64,000 bases of DNA from an uncultured bacterium (GCA_963744715.1 CAVUUR010000007.1:32001-96000); one strand, 5' to 3'; numbered from the stretch's first letter, positions 30,688-42,352 are shown. Notes: generated from the letters alone by a model not told the origin. Numbers and translations: made by a program.

Positions 30688-32994
30688 CTATAATTGATCA
30701 TCCCAATTATATATTTTTTTACTTTCATAATGTGCTGTTCGCCAATCTATATTATTTTCCATAATGATAGATTCAGCTAATTCATGCAGTAGTAATCTTA
30801 GATCTGATTGAAAAAAATTTCCATCGATTAATCTTTTCCAAGCCTGCGCCATGTCTATATCTGGATCAAAACGTTTTACGCCCCCTGCAAGAATATGCTC
30901 TCTATAAAAAATATGATCTTTTATTTTTTTTATTATATTTTCTGGAATATTGCTATTTTTAGATATACTAATTGTATCAGTTGTTATAGCTCTAATGTAG
31001 TCATAAAAGTTTATCGCTTCTTTCTCCAATTTCATAAATTTTTCAGCAGATACTCTATCTATGATTGCACCAAATCGCACATCGGGAATTTTATTATTCA
31101 TAGAGTTAACAATTTTATTTAGTTCGAGTAACTCTAATGATTCATTTAATATTGTATTTATTTTTTCTTCTGTAACTAAAAATTTATTAAAGGCTCTTAA
31201 AGGTTTTAAACGTATATCGACATTTTGAGAGAATGATTCGAGTGGTATCTCATCTAAAGTGTTAATAATGCCAAGCTCATTCTCTAATGCTTTGCCCAAG
31301 CTCTGTATTTGTGCGCGTCGCATTGGGTGGCCAGCAATACATTCGGTCTCCTCCAGTACACGCATAGTACGACATAAATTACTTAATACATTTTTAAGGG
31401 GCTTTAAAGTAGTAATTAATTTATGCTGCAAAAAACCGCTAGTGATATAATGAATTCCTAACGTAAATTTTTCTTCTCGTGGCAAATTCATTAAAAAAGT
31501 GCATAATTCTTGCTCTTCTTGCAAATGGTCAAAAATGCTGTCCCAATGCTGTAATGCATAAGAGCTATCATAATCAACGGAAGCTAATTTTCCTAAAGAC
31601 CATAAAACCTTACCAGTCCCTTTAATAATATTATAAGCCGTCGCAATTGGATGTCGTATGTCATTACTGAGATCAATAGCTACTTTAACGGTTTCTAATG
31701 CTCCAATGCTTATGTATTTACATATCGATATGCCAGATGCTAAACAGTGAATGCCCAAATCCTGCTTAGGCTGCGCACCCTTTTTCATGTATGATAAATA
31801 AAGATGCTTAATGCGATTGTTAGTTTCTCGCACGATAGCAGATTGCAATTCATTCAATTGATTGATTAAACCATTTGAATAAGTATCTAACTGATTATTT
31901 TTTAGTTCAACTTCTTGTAAAATATTTTTTACAACGCCAAGTAACGCATGGTCACTAATCAGGTCTTCCAATACGATAGGATCAAAATGTATTTTGTGGA
32001 ATACATATGTATTGACGTAATCAACACAACTACTTTGAGGTATGATTATTTCATTATTGACTAAAGAATTTTGAGACTCAATGACTGCATTTTTTTTGCA
32101 TGCAAGTTTATGTTGTGTATATCGATCATAATATATCCTAGCAATAATAGCATTACTGTGTAGGGTTGTTTTGGTACCTGGTTCCTCATACAACATTTTC
32201 TTTTCATAACGATCGACGATAATCCGTGCTTCATCAAAATCACCTTTTCTACATAAATCACGTACTAGTAAAAAATCTCTATTAATAAAGTTTTCTTTAA
32301 CTTTTTTCTCAAAATTATTTTTCTTAAAACAAGCAAAATTATGCTCATTTGGTTTGATAATTGTGTTAACAATCGAATAATAGTAATAGGTTTTCCATTT
32401 CTCTATTTTTTTGAAATATTCCGCAATAATTTTCTTAATTTTTTTATGATTTTCTCCATACGAGGATTTCAGCATGCCTTTACAATCAAAAATTAAAGCA
32501 GATAATTGTTGTTTTGTATCAAGAAGTACTTTATTTAAGTAGGGTTCTGGAATAACTAGGTCAAAAAAATCCAAACGTCGTTCATAAATAAAACAATTAA
32601 TAACTTCCGTGGCAAGGGCATTAAAAACATTCTCTACCTTTATAAAAGCTGATTCAATTTCTTTAATTTTTTTTTCAAGCAACGGCTGATATAATGCATC
32701 ATGCATCATATACATAAAATTGTACTGATCGCATTGCCTTTCAAAATACAATTCATCTATTTTATTATTGGCATAATGCAATAATCTATGTAACGGCAGG
32801 GGCGTTGTGCAAAAATGGCTTTGATAATTTATTTTATATTTTTCTACGGCTACATCAGATATTAGATTTGAATTTTCGGTTAATAATAATTCACCATTTT
32901 TTCTTATTGATGCATATGCACTAGAATTGTACATCCCATAGGTAACAAAAATATTATTAAAAACAATTATACAAATGTACTTCTTTACCATCAC
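30688..32994 (-). CDS. Putative polymorphic toxin (locus 3)
   Basis: Signal-like N-terminus; pre-tip motifs shared with loci 1 and 2; tip with KDHIF, RFDPD, AWKRL, LLHELAE, AH. Confidence 0.65.
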   Translation of the reverse strand: MMVKKYICIIVFNNIFVTYGMYNSSAYASIRKNGELLLTENSNLISDVAVEKYKINYQSHFCTTPLPLHRLLHYANNKIDELYFERQCDQYNFMYMMHDALYQPLLEKKIKEIESAFIKVENVFNALATEVINCFIYERRLDFFDLVIPEPYLNKVLLDTKQQLSALIFDCKGMLKSSYGENHKKIKKIIAEYFKKIEKWKTYYYYSIVNTIIKPNEHNFACFKKNNFEKKVKENFINRDFLLVRDLCRKGDFDEARIIVDRYEKKMLYEEPGTKTTLHSNAIIARIYYDRYTQHKLACKKNAVIESQNSLVNNEIIIPQSSCVDYVNTYVFHKIHFDPIVLEDLISDHALLGVVKNILQEVELKNNQLDTYSNGLINQLNELQSAIVRETNNRIKHLYLSYMKKGAQPKQDLGIHCLASGISICKYISIGALETVKVAIDLSNDIRHPIATAYNIIKGTGKVLWSLGKLASVDYDSSYALQHWDSIFDHLQEEQELCTFLMNLPREEKFTLGIHYITSGFLQHKLITTLKPLKNVLSNLCRTMRVLEETECIAGHPMRRAQIQSLGKALENELGIINTLDEIPLESFSQNVDIRLKPLRAFNKFLVTEEKINTILNESLELLELNKIVNSMNNKIPDVRFGAIIDRVSAEKFMKLEKEAINFYDYIRAITTDTISISKNSNIPENIIKKIKDHIFYREHILAGGVKRFDPDIDMAQAWKRLIDGNFFQSDLRLLLHELAESIIMENNIDWRTAHYESKKIYNWDDQL

Positions 32995-33122
32995 AACTCT
33001 TCCCTAATTTATTAGCAATAAACTTTAGGAAAATGTCATAATAATTTTCTAAAAAAGTCAAAAATTAATTATTAACAAAAAATATTAAATTTTTTCATAA
33101 TGCACAATTTATTTTATACTTA

Positions 33123-33395
33123 CTAGACTTGATTTTGATCAATCAATCTATTTGGATATTCTCGAAAATTGCTCACGATACCGCATTCTTGAAAATATTT
33201 CATAACTTCAAGAAAATACGTATGCAAATCCGGAGCAACAAAAAATTCAAAAATACTTTCCTCTTTATTCAACGTACGGTCGAAAACAAGATGTTCATAG
33301 CTGCGCATAATACCAACCAGTAACCATGCTTTGCTACGTTCTACCTGCGCTTGATAATAAAAACAATATTTCATCGTTAACCAAACAGTGCTCAT
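33123..33395 (-). CDS. Small conserved hypothetical protein (DUF4911-like)
   Basis: RSYEHLVFDRTLNK...FEFFVAP; family call from memory. Confidence 0.5.
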   Translation of the reverse strand: MSTVWLTMKYCFYYQAQVERSKAWLLVGIMRSYEHLVFDRTLNKEESIFEFFVAPDLHTYFLEVMKYFQECGIVSNFREYPNRLIDQNQV

Positions 33396-33592
33396 TTAAA
33401 CTTACTAACAACTACAATAAATCGAATTACAAGAACATTTTAATATCTACAAAAAAAATAGTTCTTTTTTTTAGAAATCATTATACAAATTATACTATCT
33501 AACGTAAAAAAAATTACATTCAATAATATCATTATTTAGCTATAAATACCTATTTCTTATAGTACTTCAATTTTATACAAAACGATATCCAA

Positions 33593-33622
33593 TTGACGAA
33601 CGAGTCTTAAAGATGCTATAAG
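33593..33622 (+). promoter_or_regulatory. Likely sigma70 promoter
   Basis: TTGACG-18 nt-TATAAG with extended TG, upstream of AAGGA RBS and 33659 start. Confidence 0.45.
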
Positions 33623-33658
33623 GAAACAAGAAGCTCCTTACTTATAGAAAGGATAGTA

Positions 33659-35047
33659 ATGAAAAAGTTCTGCGCATATTTTTTAATGTTATTAGCTTTT
33701 GTAATAAATATAAATCTTGTCGGTATTACAACCTTAAATAAAAATGACCCCTACCCACTGTATAATAGTTTATATCCGTACAGTTACTTACTGAAAAGAA
33801 CACAAAATTTTTTAAAATGCATCACACAAGATGATCATCCAGAATTATTTGGTGTAGCTGCTTCAGTATTTCATCAAAAAGCAAATCGTGGTAGAGATTA
33901 TGAAAAGCAGCGCCGATTACTGGGCGATCTGGAAGGCCGCTGGGATATGTTAGCCATGACCTACGGACCATTACCGATAGGCGCATCATTAAGTAACACC
34001 GAATTAGGACGTGCAAAAGTTGCTATATGGGATGGATCACTCGTGCCCCCTAATAATCCCAATGGCGTACTACCTTTTGATCTGCAAATTACCGATAGCA
34101 ATTGTAGAATTGGTTTTTTTGAAGTACCACTCAGATATAGAAAAACAGGTATGCGTTTTGAAATATCAGTACAACCTTTTGAAGATTTTGGTTTCACCTT
34201 CCAATCTGGTTTTGCCGAAATGAAGCAAACATTAACACAATTTGTTGATTTAACGCCAACGGCGACACTTTACGATGGATTTACACTGGCCCTTACTACA
34301 TCGATAGAAACATTTTTAATGAACCCACCACAAAATATTTTAACCTTTACCGGCCAGGGCCTTGAAGTGTGTGATTTTAGAAGCACTTCCTTTGAAGATG
34401 TCCGTTTGTTTGTATGGTGGCGCCATGTTTTTGAGGCCAATGCTTGTAATTGCGAATGGCCTCATTTCTTATTTATTCCTTTTGTCAATTTTGAAACAAG
34501 TTTACCAACGGCAAAAAGACAAGAGCGCAGAAAGGCCTTCGCACTTCCTTTTGGTAACGATGGCCATGTTTCATTAGCAGCAACGGCTGGTTTTCATATC
34601 GATTTTATAGAAACAGTTGAAATTGGCTTTTACGGTGGCGTAACCCATTTTTTACCGAGAAATATAGCAAATTTTAGACTTCCTACGAGCATTATTCAAT
34701 CAGGCGTATTTCCGTTTAGCACTGAAGTGCGAAGGAAACCAGGCCGCAATATTAACTATGGGCTTCTGTTCAATGCCTATCGCTTTTTGGATAAATTTTC
34801 ATTTTTTGCAGAATATGCCGTCATAAGCCATGGAGAAGATACTATAAAGTTAGTAAACCCCGACCCTGCCTTTATTCCTCGGCAACAGGAATGTCTCTCT
34901 AAATTTAGCGTTCATCTTCTTAATACGGCCCTGAACTATGAAATATCACCCAATTTCACCTTAGGCGTCGCTGTACAATGGCCTTTGGTCCAGCGCAATG
35001 CCTACCGAACAACCACGGTATTGGGAACCATTCAAGTAACTTTTTAG
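33659..35047 (+). CDS. Exported, probable outer-membrane beta-rich protein
   Basis: Signal peptide; alternating beta-strand pattern; terminal Phe (GTIQVTF). Confidence 0.6.
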   Translation: MKKFCAYFLMLLAFVININLVGITTLNKNDPYPLYNSLYPYSYLLKRTQNFLKCITQDDHPELFGVAASVFHQKANRGRDYEKQRRLLGDLEGRWDMLAMTYGPLPIGASLSNTELGRAKVAIWDGSLVPPNNPNGVLPFDLQITDSNCRIGFFEVPLRYRKTGMRFEISVQPFEDFGFTFQSGFAEMKQTLTQFVDLTPTATLYDGFTLALTTSIETFLMNPPQNILTFTGQGLEVCDFRSTSFEDVRLFVWWRHVFEANACNCEWPHFLFIPFVNFETSLPTAKRQERRKAFALPFGNDGHVSLAATAGFHIDFIETVEIGFYGGVTHFLPRNIANFRLPTSIIQSGVFPFSTEVRRKPGRNINYGLLFNAYRFLDKFSFFAEYAVISHGEDTIKLVNPDPAFIPRQQECLSKFSVHLLNTALNYEISPNFTLGVAVQWPLVQRNAYRTTTVLGTIQVTF

Positions 35048-35164
35048 GGTAAACCATGATAAGAAGTAGACAAATATAATAAAAAATTTATACTAAACCT
35101 ATAGTAATCAAAACTTAGGAACGTTTCCCTTAATAAATCTTATCTGGAAGGATATACGAGCAAC

Positions 35165-35377
35165 ATGAGCAAAAGAAGAGCAAATATTGTCATCAATGTA
35201 AGTACCAATGTAGAAAAGGCACTTAAGCAGCTTAAGAAAAAAATTGAGCGCGAAGGCATTGTTCGTGATATGAAGCGTGTTGTTTATTTTGAATCTCCAA
35301 CGCAAAAAAAACGTAAACGTCTTATGCGCGCCATCAAACAAAATTATATTAGAATGGCTTCCCAAAAACTTATCTAA
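35165..35377 (+). CDS. rpsU: 30S ribosomal protein S21
   Basis: VEKALKQLKKKIEREG...YFESPTQKKRKR. Confidence 0.92.
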   Translation: MSKRRANIVINVSTNVEKALKQLKKKIEREGIVRDMKRVVYFESPTQKKRKRLMRAIKQNYIRMASQKLI

Positions 35378-35391
35378 CAACTGATAATTTC

Positions 35392-35763
35392 ATGATACTA
35401 GTAGCCCCCAAAAAAGTTTCTGACATAAAAAGAGCTCAAAAAGAGCGCCTTCTTTTTAGAGAAATATCGCAGCTTTTTCAACACGCAACGCTTGAAGATG
35501 CTCGGCTGCGTGATTTTTGGATAAGCCGTGTTTCCTTATCGGCTGATAAAAGTATTTGCTATGTTTTTTTTGTTACGCAAAAAGGCATAGAATATTTTAA
35601 CGAAATGTTAGGAATTCTTAAACTGTATAAGCCTTCATTGCGAAAAGCAATTGCAGATGCTATCGCTTCCCGTTACACCCCGGAAATAGTATTTAAATAC
35701 GATGATCAATATGAAAAAGTAGAAAAAATAAATCAACTTATTGATCGGGTCAAAACAGAATGA
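35392..35763 (+). CDS. rbfA: Ribosome-binding factor A
   Basis: ISRVSLSAD, RYTPEIVFKYD. Confidence 0.9.
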   Translation: MILVAPKKVSDIKRAQKERLLFREISQLFQHATLEDARLRDFWISRVSLSADKSICYVFFVTQKGIEYFNEMLGILKLYKPSLRKAIADAIASRYTPEIVFKYDDQYEKVEKINQLIDRVKTE

Positions 35764-36539
35764 TCATCAGTGACCTTGCTAGCATTATTATTTTTTTATG
35801 CTGGGGGTCATTTCTTAATGTTATTGCCTACAGACTTATATTTAGCGATCATTTCTGGGCTCTGCGTTCATACTGTCCCCACTGTAAAAAAACTATCGCT
35901 TGGTATGACAATATTCCGGTAATTTCCTGGTTGTTATTACATGGTACATGTCGCTACTGTCACAATACTATTTCTTATTTGTATCCGCTTATTGAACTTT
36001 TTACGGCCCTTGTTTTTTATGCATTAATTCATACGGTTAATCCTCACCACTGGTTTGGGTATGCAATATTTTTTTCTGCTCTTATTATTACCATCCGCAC
36101 CGATCTTGAAACAATGCTTATTTCGAGGGAAATTACACTGTGGTTGGTTCCCGTCGGTGCTCTATGCAGCATGCTACATCTTATTCCCCTTTCAATACTA
36201 GATAGTGTAATTGGCGCAGCTTCTGCGTATCTTTTTTTATATTGCTTGGCAGTACTCTATCGCGCGATTGCAAAACGAGATGGCATGGGCTTAGGAGATA
36301 TTGATTTGCTTGCTTTGATCGGTTCATTTTTAGGATTACAAGGTTGGTGGATTAGTTTGTTAATAGCTTCTCTCACAGGCACCATTATCGGCGTATTATA
36401 TTTGGCCAGTAAACAATTAAGCAAATCCACACCAATACCCTTCGGACCATTTCTCGCCTTTGGTGCACTTGTGTATGCGCTCAACGGACCATTAATAATG
36501 CCACTAATGAGTTCAATGAATTTAATAGTACATCCGTAG
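35760..36539 (+). CDS. pilD: Prepilin peptidase (A24)
   Basis: GSFLNV, CPHC...CRYC, GMGLGD, PFGPFL. Confidence 0.92.
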   Translation: MIISDLASIIIFLCWGSFLNVIAYRLIFSDHFWALRSYCPHCKKTIAWYDNIPVISWLLLHGTCRYCHNTISYLYPLIELFTALVFYALIHTVNPHHWFGYAIFFSALIITIRTDLETMLISREITLWLVPVGALCSMLHLIPLSILDSVIGAASAYLFLYCLAVLYRAIAKRDGMGLGDIDLLALIGSFLGLQGWWISLLIASLTGTIIGVLYLASKQLSKSTPIPFGPFLAFGALVYALNGPLIMPLMSSMNLIVHP

Positions 36540-36622
36540 GATTTAGGTTCGACTTATCTCTTGAGTTTTGTAATACTTTATGACTAATTGTAGTACGTAT
36601 AGTAATCATAACGAGAATAATC

Positions 36623-37903
36623 ATGCATAAAACATTGCTCATCATTACGTTGTTAATAACCCACTCATTATTTTCAATGGACTCAATGCACCAATTAAGT
36701 AAAGCATTGGAATTTAAAAAACCAATGCAACTCATTCAGTTTCCTTCATTGCAAGAACTATGTAGCAAGAAGGTCCTAACAATGACCAGAAAGTATGTTA
36801 AACAAGAATTGCACACTAAATCCATAGATTGGAAGGCTGAAGAAACAGAGGCAAAAGTAAAAGAATTCTTAGGCAGTATTCCTACAAATCTCATGGCAAA
36901 AATGATCCCGCATGCGCAAGAAATTGATATTAGCAAAGAGCCGACATTGGAGCCTTCTTTGAATGGATTATGTTACGTTGACAAAGATCACACTCGCTTT
37001 GTAACTATCGAGAGATCACATTCCGAATCCATGGACACGAAAACTTTAATATCAGTGTTGGGTGAGAACAATAATATAACAACATCTATACCTATAGAGG
37101 CTTTTGTACATAAGGCAGTGCTAGCACCTAACCAAGATTATGTAGCAACGGCCGATTTCAAAAATATAGCAGTCTATGCTATTAAATCAAAGCCTCTACA
37201 AATTGCAACTACACATTTGGGTATAAGTGGTGATATATATGATCTGTTATTTTTTCACGATACATTATTAATTGCCGATTTTGATGGTATACGCATATGG
37301 AACTTTCTAGAAAATAAACCACCTATTCCATTTGTTACTTATCGAGGACTACATAAAAAAATGTGCTTACTCAATGACAACATTGTTTTTACTAATGACA
37401 ACGAAAAACCTACTATTAACATAGTCACTGATACCGGTTTTATTAAAAAAACATTATATGGTCATACGAGAACAATTAAAGATATATCATCTCACCCAGC
37501 AACAAATAAGCTCGCATCCGCAGGTGAATATGATTATACCGTACGCGTATGGGATACCAAAAAAGATCCCGAGGATGCCTGCATAGCCATATTGCCCCAT
37601 GAGTTTGGCGTTGAATCCGTAGCCTTTGACCCTTCTGGCAATAACGTTATTACCGGAACCAATGGCCAAGATCATACTGTATACCTTTGGAATATAGAGT
37701 CAAAGACAAATACTAAGCGAATACAATTGGAGGACTATCCACCTATTACCTTTCTTTCTTGGTCGAAGAATTCAATTATTGCTAAAAATGGCCGCATCGA
37801 CGTATACGCGTGGAAGCCGCAACGTACAGAACTCGGCAAAATTCTTGAAACCATGGTTGAAGAACAAACTAATCTTCAACAACGCAGCAAACGATTACCT
37901 TAA
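36623..37903 (+). CDS. Exported WD40-repeat protein
   Basis: Signal peptide; LYGHT...DYTVRVWD, DHTVYLWN. Confidence 0.8.
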   Translation: MHKTLLIITLLITHSLFSMDSMHQLSKALEFKKPMQLIQFPSLQELCSKKVLTMTRKYVKQELHTKSIDWKAEETEAKVKEFLGSIPTNLMAKMIPHAQEIDISKEPTLEPSLNGLCYVDKDHTRFVTIERSHSESMDTKTLISVLGENNNITTSIPIEAFVHKAVLAPNQDYVATADFKNIAVYAIKSKPLQIATTHLGISGDIYDLLFFHDTLLIADFDGIRIWNFLENKPPIPFVTYRGLHKKMCLLNDNIVFTNDNEKPTINIVTDTGFIKKTLYGHTRTIKDISSHPATNKLASAGEYDYTVRVWDTKKDPEDACIAILPHEFGVESVAFDPSGNNVITGTNGQDHTVYLWNIESKTNTKRIQLEDYPPITFLSWSKNSIIAKNGRIDVYAWKPQRTELGKILETMVEEQTNLQQRSKRLP

Positions 37904-38026
37904 TATTTATGATTAAACGTTGATCACTCATAAAACCAGCGCCCCCTTTTTATTTTTTTCAAATATGATAATATATACTATTATTTACTTATATTATGCA
38001 TATTTATTCTTATGAGGTTATTTTCC

Positions 38027-38896
38027 ATGAAACGTATTCTTTTGCTTATCTTGGCTAGCTTTTTTATATTATCCGCAAAACCTATTGAACAGCAAGATAA
38101 TGATCAAGCAATTATCGATGAACTGACCGAAAAATATAAAAAACAGTATGATGCTCATGAAGCAGACCCTGTAATTAATGATATTGTGCAAGAAGCGCTA
38201 AAAAAATGTGGCATTACAAAGCCCATTATCGTTTTACAATACGATAGTGGGTATATTTCTCATGCCGTTTGCACACCGGCAAAACACCCTCAAGAATATA
38301 TTATTGTTGGCACTAAGCAATCTTTAGATGCCATCATTGCGGCTATTTATCATGAAATTGGTCATGTAGCACACGATGATGTATCAACTAACACCATAAT
38401 AAAAGATACTATATACCATTATGGGTCTAGAGGTTTAAGTTTATTGGGAGGAGTAGTTACCCGGCAAAGTTTTCAAAAATATGTAAAGGAAATGCCCGTG
38501 GTAAGCACGGTGGTGGGAGCTCTAGCAATAATAACAACATTCTTAACAAGTGCTGTTTTTTTACCAAAATATAAACATAGCATTATGGAAGGTGATGCCG
38601 ATATTTTTGCCTATGAAAATTTAATAAAACACCAAAGACTTGATACCGCAATTGGCAAGATTAGTGATCATTTATATCAACATGAATTTGGGCTTAAATC
38701 ATTGCCACCATGTGTAAGTGGTTATCCAACTGACTTTGAACGAGCAAACCTTGGCATTATCGCGTTACAAAAACATGGTATTAGTATCACACACCTCATT
38801 GATAATTTACCCGACACCTTAGATGAAGGTCTTAAAAAATATTTTCCTGCCCAAGTAAGAAAATTTTTCCAGCAGATACTTGAAGAAAAGAAATAA
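38027..38896 (+). CDS. Exported HEXXH zinc metallopeptidase (M48-like)
   Basis: Signal peptide; HEIGH, two hydrophobic segments, EGDAD, YPTDFER. Confidence 0.7.
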   Translation: MKRILLLILASFFILSAKPIEQQDNDQAIIDELTEKYKKQYDAHEADPVINDIVQEALKKCGITKPIIVLQYDSGYISHAVCTPAKHPQEYIIVGTKQSLDAIIAAIYHEIGHVAHDDVSTNTIIKDTIYHYGSRGLSLLGGVVTRQSFQKYVKEMPVVSTVVGALAIITTFLTSAVFLPKYKHSIMEGDADIFAYENLIKHQRLDTAIGKISDHLYQHEFGLKSLPPCVSGYPTDFERANLGIIALQKHGISITHLIDNLPDTLDEGLKKYFPAQVRKFFQQILEEKK

Positions 38897-39281
38897 TAAT
38901 ATACGCAATACTGGTCAGTGAATAGTTAATTGAGTCTGATAGTCACATGCAGCTTAGTTGCACTGCCACGGCTCTTAAATAAAAACGCAGCTACATATTT
39001 AATTATATAATTGTATTTATTACATATAATCATCAATATTATCGTTTCTGTTTATCGTTACTTACTGCACTTATATACAGTTAGACTAATTATCTATCGA
39101 CAGATTACTTGTATTTTACTATAATTAAGAAATAATACAGAGTTTTTGAATTTGAAATATTTTACTACAAGTAGAATAAATTTTAAAAAAATCAGTACAT
39201 AATGTGTTTTTAACGCGTTATCTGATATTTTGATCTAATTTTGATAATAAACAAACCTGAACTAGTAGGTATGGGGATATT

Positions 39282-41966
39282 ATGAGACAAAAAATGCGTC
39301 AGAATCCATTTGCCCGTGGGCCAAAAAATCTTTTATTTGTTGTTTTTTTCTTTGTTACGTGTATTGCATTATTAACAAAACTTACTGATTATACGCGCCA
39401 TGTAAAAAACATGAGCTATTCTTCCTTTATGAAAGCAGTAGAAAATAATGAGGTGAAAGCAATACATGTTTCTGGACAAGATGTATACGGAATTTTTAAT
39501 GACGGAAGCCGTTTTGAAGCCGTAATTGCCGACAATTCTCACAATTGGGATCTTTTGCGTGAGCATAAAGTAGATATTTCCTTTGCTGCAAGCTCTGGAC
39601 AACTTACCATGTGGCATATGTTGTTATTGTTTGCCTTATTAATAGTACCGCTCGCCGTATGGTATTTCTTGCGCCAAACGCGTAGGATCAGGTAGCGGAA
39701 GCAATATTTTTACTATGGGTAAAAGCAGAGCTCGCTTGTTTATGCCATCAATGATCAATGTAACTTTTGATTCCGTAGCCGGAGCTCACGAATCAAAACA
39801 AGCTCTCAAAGATATTGTAGATTTTTTAAAAAATCCTGAAAAATATAAACGCTTAGGGGCTAAAATCCCACGAGGTGTTTTATTGGTTGGTGAACCGGGT
39901 AATGGTAAAACTTTATTGGCAAAAGCAGTTGCCGGCGAAGCTAATTGCCCATTTTTTAGTATTAGCGGTTCTGATTTTATAGAAGTTTTTGTTGGTGTTG
40001 GTGCTGCGCGTGTGAGAGATCTTTTTGCACAAGCACGTCGGAATGCTCCAAGCATTATTTTCATTGATGAAATTGATGCTATTGGTCGTCAACGTGGTAC
40101 TGGTTTTGGTGGCGGTCATGATGAACGTGAACAAACATTAAATCAATTACTAACGGAAATGGATGGTTTTGAATCTTCCAATTCCCCAGTTATTGTTTTA
40201 GCCGCAACAAATATGCCTGATGTTCTTGATAAAGCCTTGTTGCGCCCAGGAAGATTTGATCGTTGGGTTAATGTTCCTTATCCAGATCTTGCAAGCCGTG
40301 AACAGATTTTAAAAATTCATGTAAAAAAATAAAAATGAGTCCTGATGTTGATTTATCGGCCATAGCAAGTCAAACAGCAGGTTTTAGTGGCGCTGATCTT
40401 GGCTGATTTAGTTAATAAAGCAGCTATTAATGCTTCAAAAAATAATCAAGATGTCGTAACGATGGCATGATTTATTAGTTGCGCATAAAATTATGCTGCA
40501 AGCTGGTCAATCCATGAATGGTATGAGTAATAATCAGAATTGCTAAAGGTACTAGCAAACCTAAAATGTTTATGCCTTCACAAGTAAAAGTAAATTTTGA
40601 TTCTGTTGCAGGTAGTACCTGAAGCTAAAGAAGAACTTACAAGATGTAGTTGATTTTTTAAAAAATCCGGAAAAATATCGTCGACTTCGGGGCAAAGTTG
40701 ACCCGTGGCGTATTATTAGTTGGTGAACCAGGTAATGGTAAAACATTATTAGCAAAAGCAGTTGCCGGCGAAGCAAATTGTCCATTTTTTAGTGTAAGTG
40801 GTTCTGAATTTGTTGAAATGTATGTTGGTGTTGGTGCATCACGTGTTCGTGATTTATTTGCACAAGCACGTAAGCATATGCCCAAGTATTATTTTTATTG
40901 ATGAAATTGATGCGTTAGGTGCCAAACGTGGCAGGATTTGATGGTGGTAATGAAGAACGTGACAAACATTAAATCAGTTGTTAACTGAAATGGATGGCTT
41001 TAATACTGATAATGCTTCAGTTATTGTTATGGCAGCAACTAATAGACCTGATGTTCTTAGATAAGGCGTTATTACGCCCAGGGCGATTTGATAAACGTAT
41101 AGAAGTTACCGTATCCCAATATAGAAAGTCGAGAACAAATTCTTAGCAGTTCATGCCAAAAATATTATTATGATGATTCAGCAGTTGATTTACATATTAT
41201 TGCACGAGGAACTCCAGGTTTTTCTGGCGCTGATCTTAGCAAATTTAGTTAATGAAGCGGCTATTAATTGCACCAAAAAAGAATCAAGATATTAGTTACC
41301 ATTTTTGATTTTGAAGAAGCTCGTGACAAAATTATGCTTGGCAAAGAAAGAAAGTCCGTGGTGCCGACTCCTGAAGAACTCAAAGTTATTGCTTTTCATG
41401 AAGCAGGACATACGTTAATTCGTATATTGCTTGGCGATGTTGCTGACCCGTTACACAAAGTAACGATTTTACCTCGGGGATTAGCGTTAGGTGTTTCATA
41501 CGCCTTACCCGATAAGGATAAATTAACGCATTCAAAGGATGAAATGATAGCCCTCATTACTATTTGTATGGGTGGCCGTGTTGCAGAAGAATTAGTATTT
41601 AATATACTATGTAATGGTGCACATAGTGATTTTGACAAAGCAACTGAGCAAGCACGCAAGATGGTATGCCTTTGGGGTATGACCAATGAATTAGGCCCTG
41701 TTACCTATGATCAGGGAAATGGTTCATTCCAATATTCTCAAAAAACAGCCGAAAAGATCGATGAATTAGTACAAAAAATAATTGTCGATGCTTACAACAA
41801 AGCACGAGAATTACTGGAAAAACATCGTGATAAATTAGATATATTGGCGCATGCATTATTGGAAAAAGAAACTATGTATGCTGATGAAATTTATGCATTA
41901 CTTGGTTTGGAACCTCGTGAAAATGTTCGATGGGTACGTAGCGATGCTACCACGCAACAAGCATAA
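39282..41966 (+). CDS. ftsH: FtsH protease with two tandem AAA modules (broken by many apparent frameshifts)
   Basis: TM/periplasmic region; AAA1 about 39715-40490; AAA2 about 40567-41330; M41 domain with HEAGH and GGRVAEE. Confidence 0.88.
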
Positions 41967-42123
41967 TTATTAAAAAAATATGACAATTAGCCCACATGAT
42001 AATTCTGTATATGGCTAATAAACAGTTTGTTAAATGTAATAAAAATCATTTATAGGTATTGAAAAAAGGCATTTTTTTAGTATCCTTAGATAGATAAGTT
42101 TTATAGAAAGGATATTGATCATC

Positions 42124-42327
42124 ATGTCTAGAGTCTGTTGTTTATGTGATAAAAGCCCGCAGGTTGGAAATTTGGTAAGTCACGCTAATAACCGTGTTAA
42201 ACGTTGGATTTATCCCAATGTACATACCATGCGTTTTTCACTCGTAGGAAAAATGCCAAAAAAAGTCATACGCGGCGCTGTATGTACTAAATGTGTCAAA
42301 GCTGGTAAAATTGAAAAAGTAGTATAA
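42124..42327 (+). CDS. rpmB: 50S ribosomal protein L28
   Basis: [22 protein letters not shown]. Confidence 0.95.
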   Translation: MSRVCCLCDKSPQVGNLVSHANNRVKRWIYPNVHTMRFSLVGKMPKKVIRGAVCTKCVKAGKIEKVV

Positions 42328-42352
42328 CGTTAAATAAGGTATTATATATATT

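Noticed and set aside
38897..39281. Long intergenic region before ftsH as ncRNA or riboswitch
   Set aside because: AT-rich with no convincing stems or known motif; a covariance-model search would be needed
39282..41966. ftsH as a pseudogene or several small genes
   Set aside because: All catalytic motifs are retained and the breaks are single-base indels, as in other essential genes here
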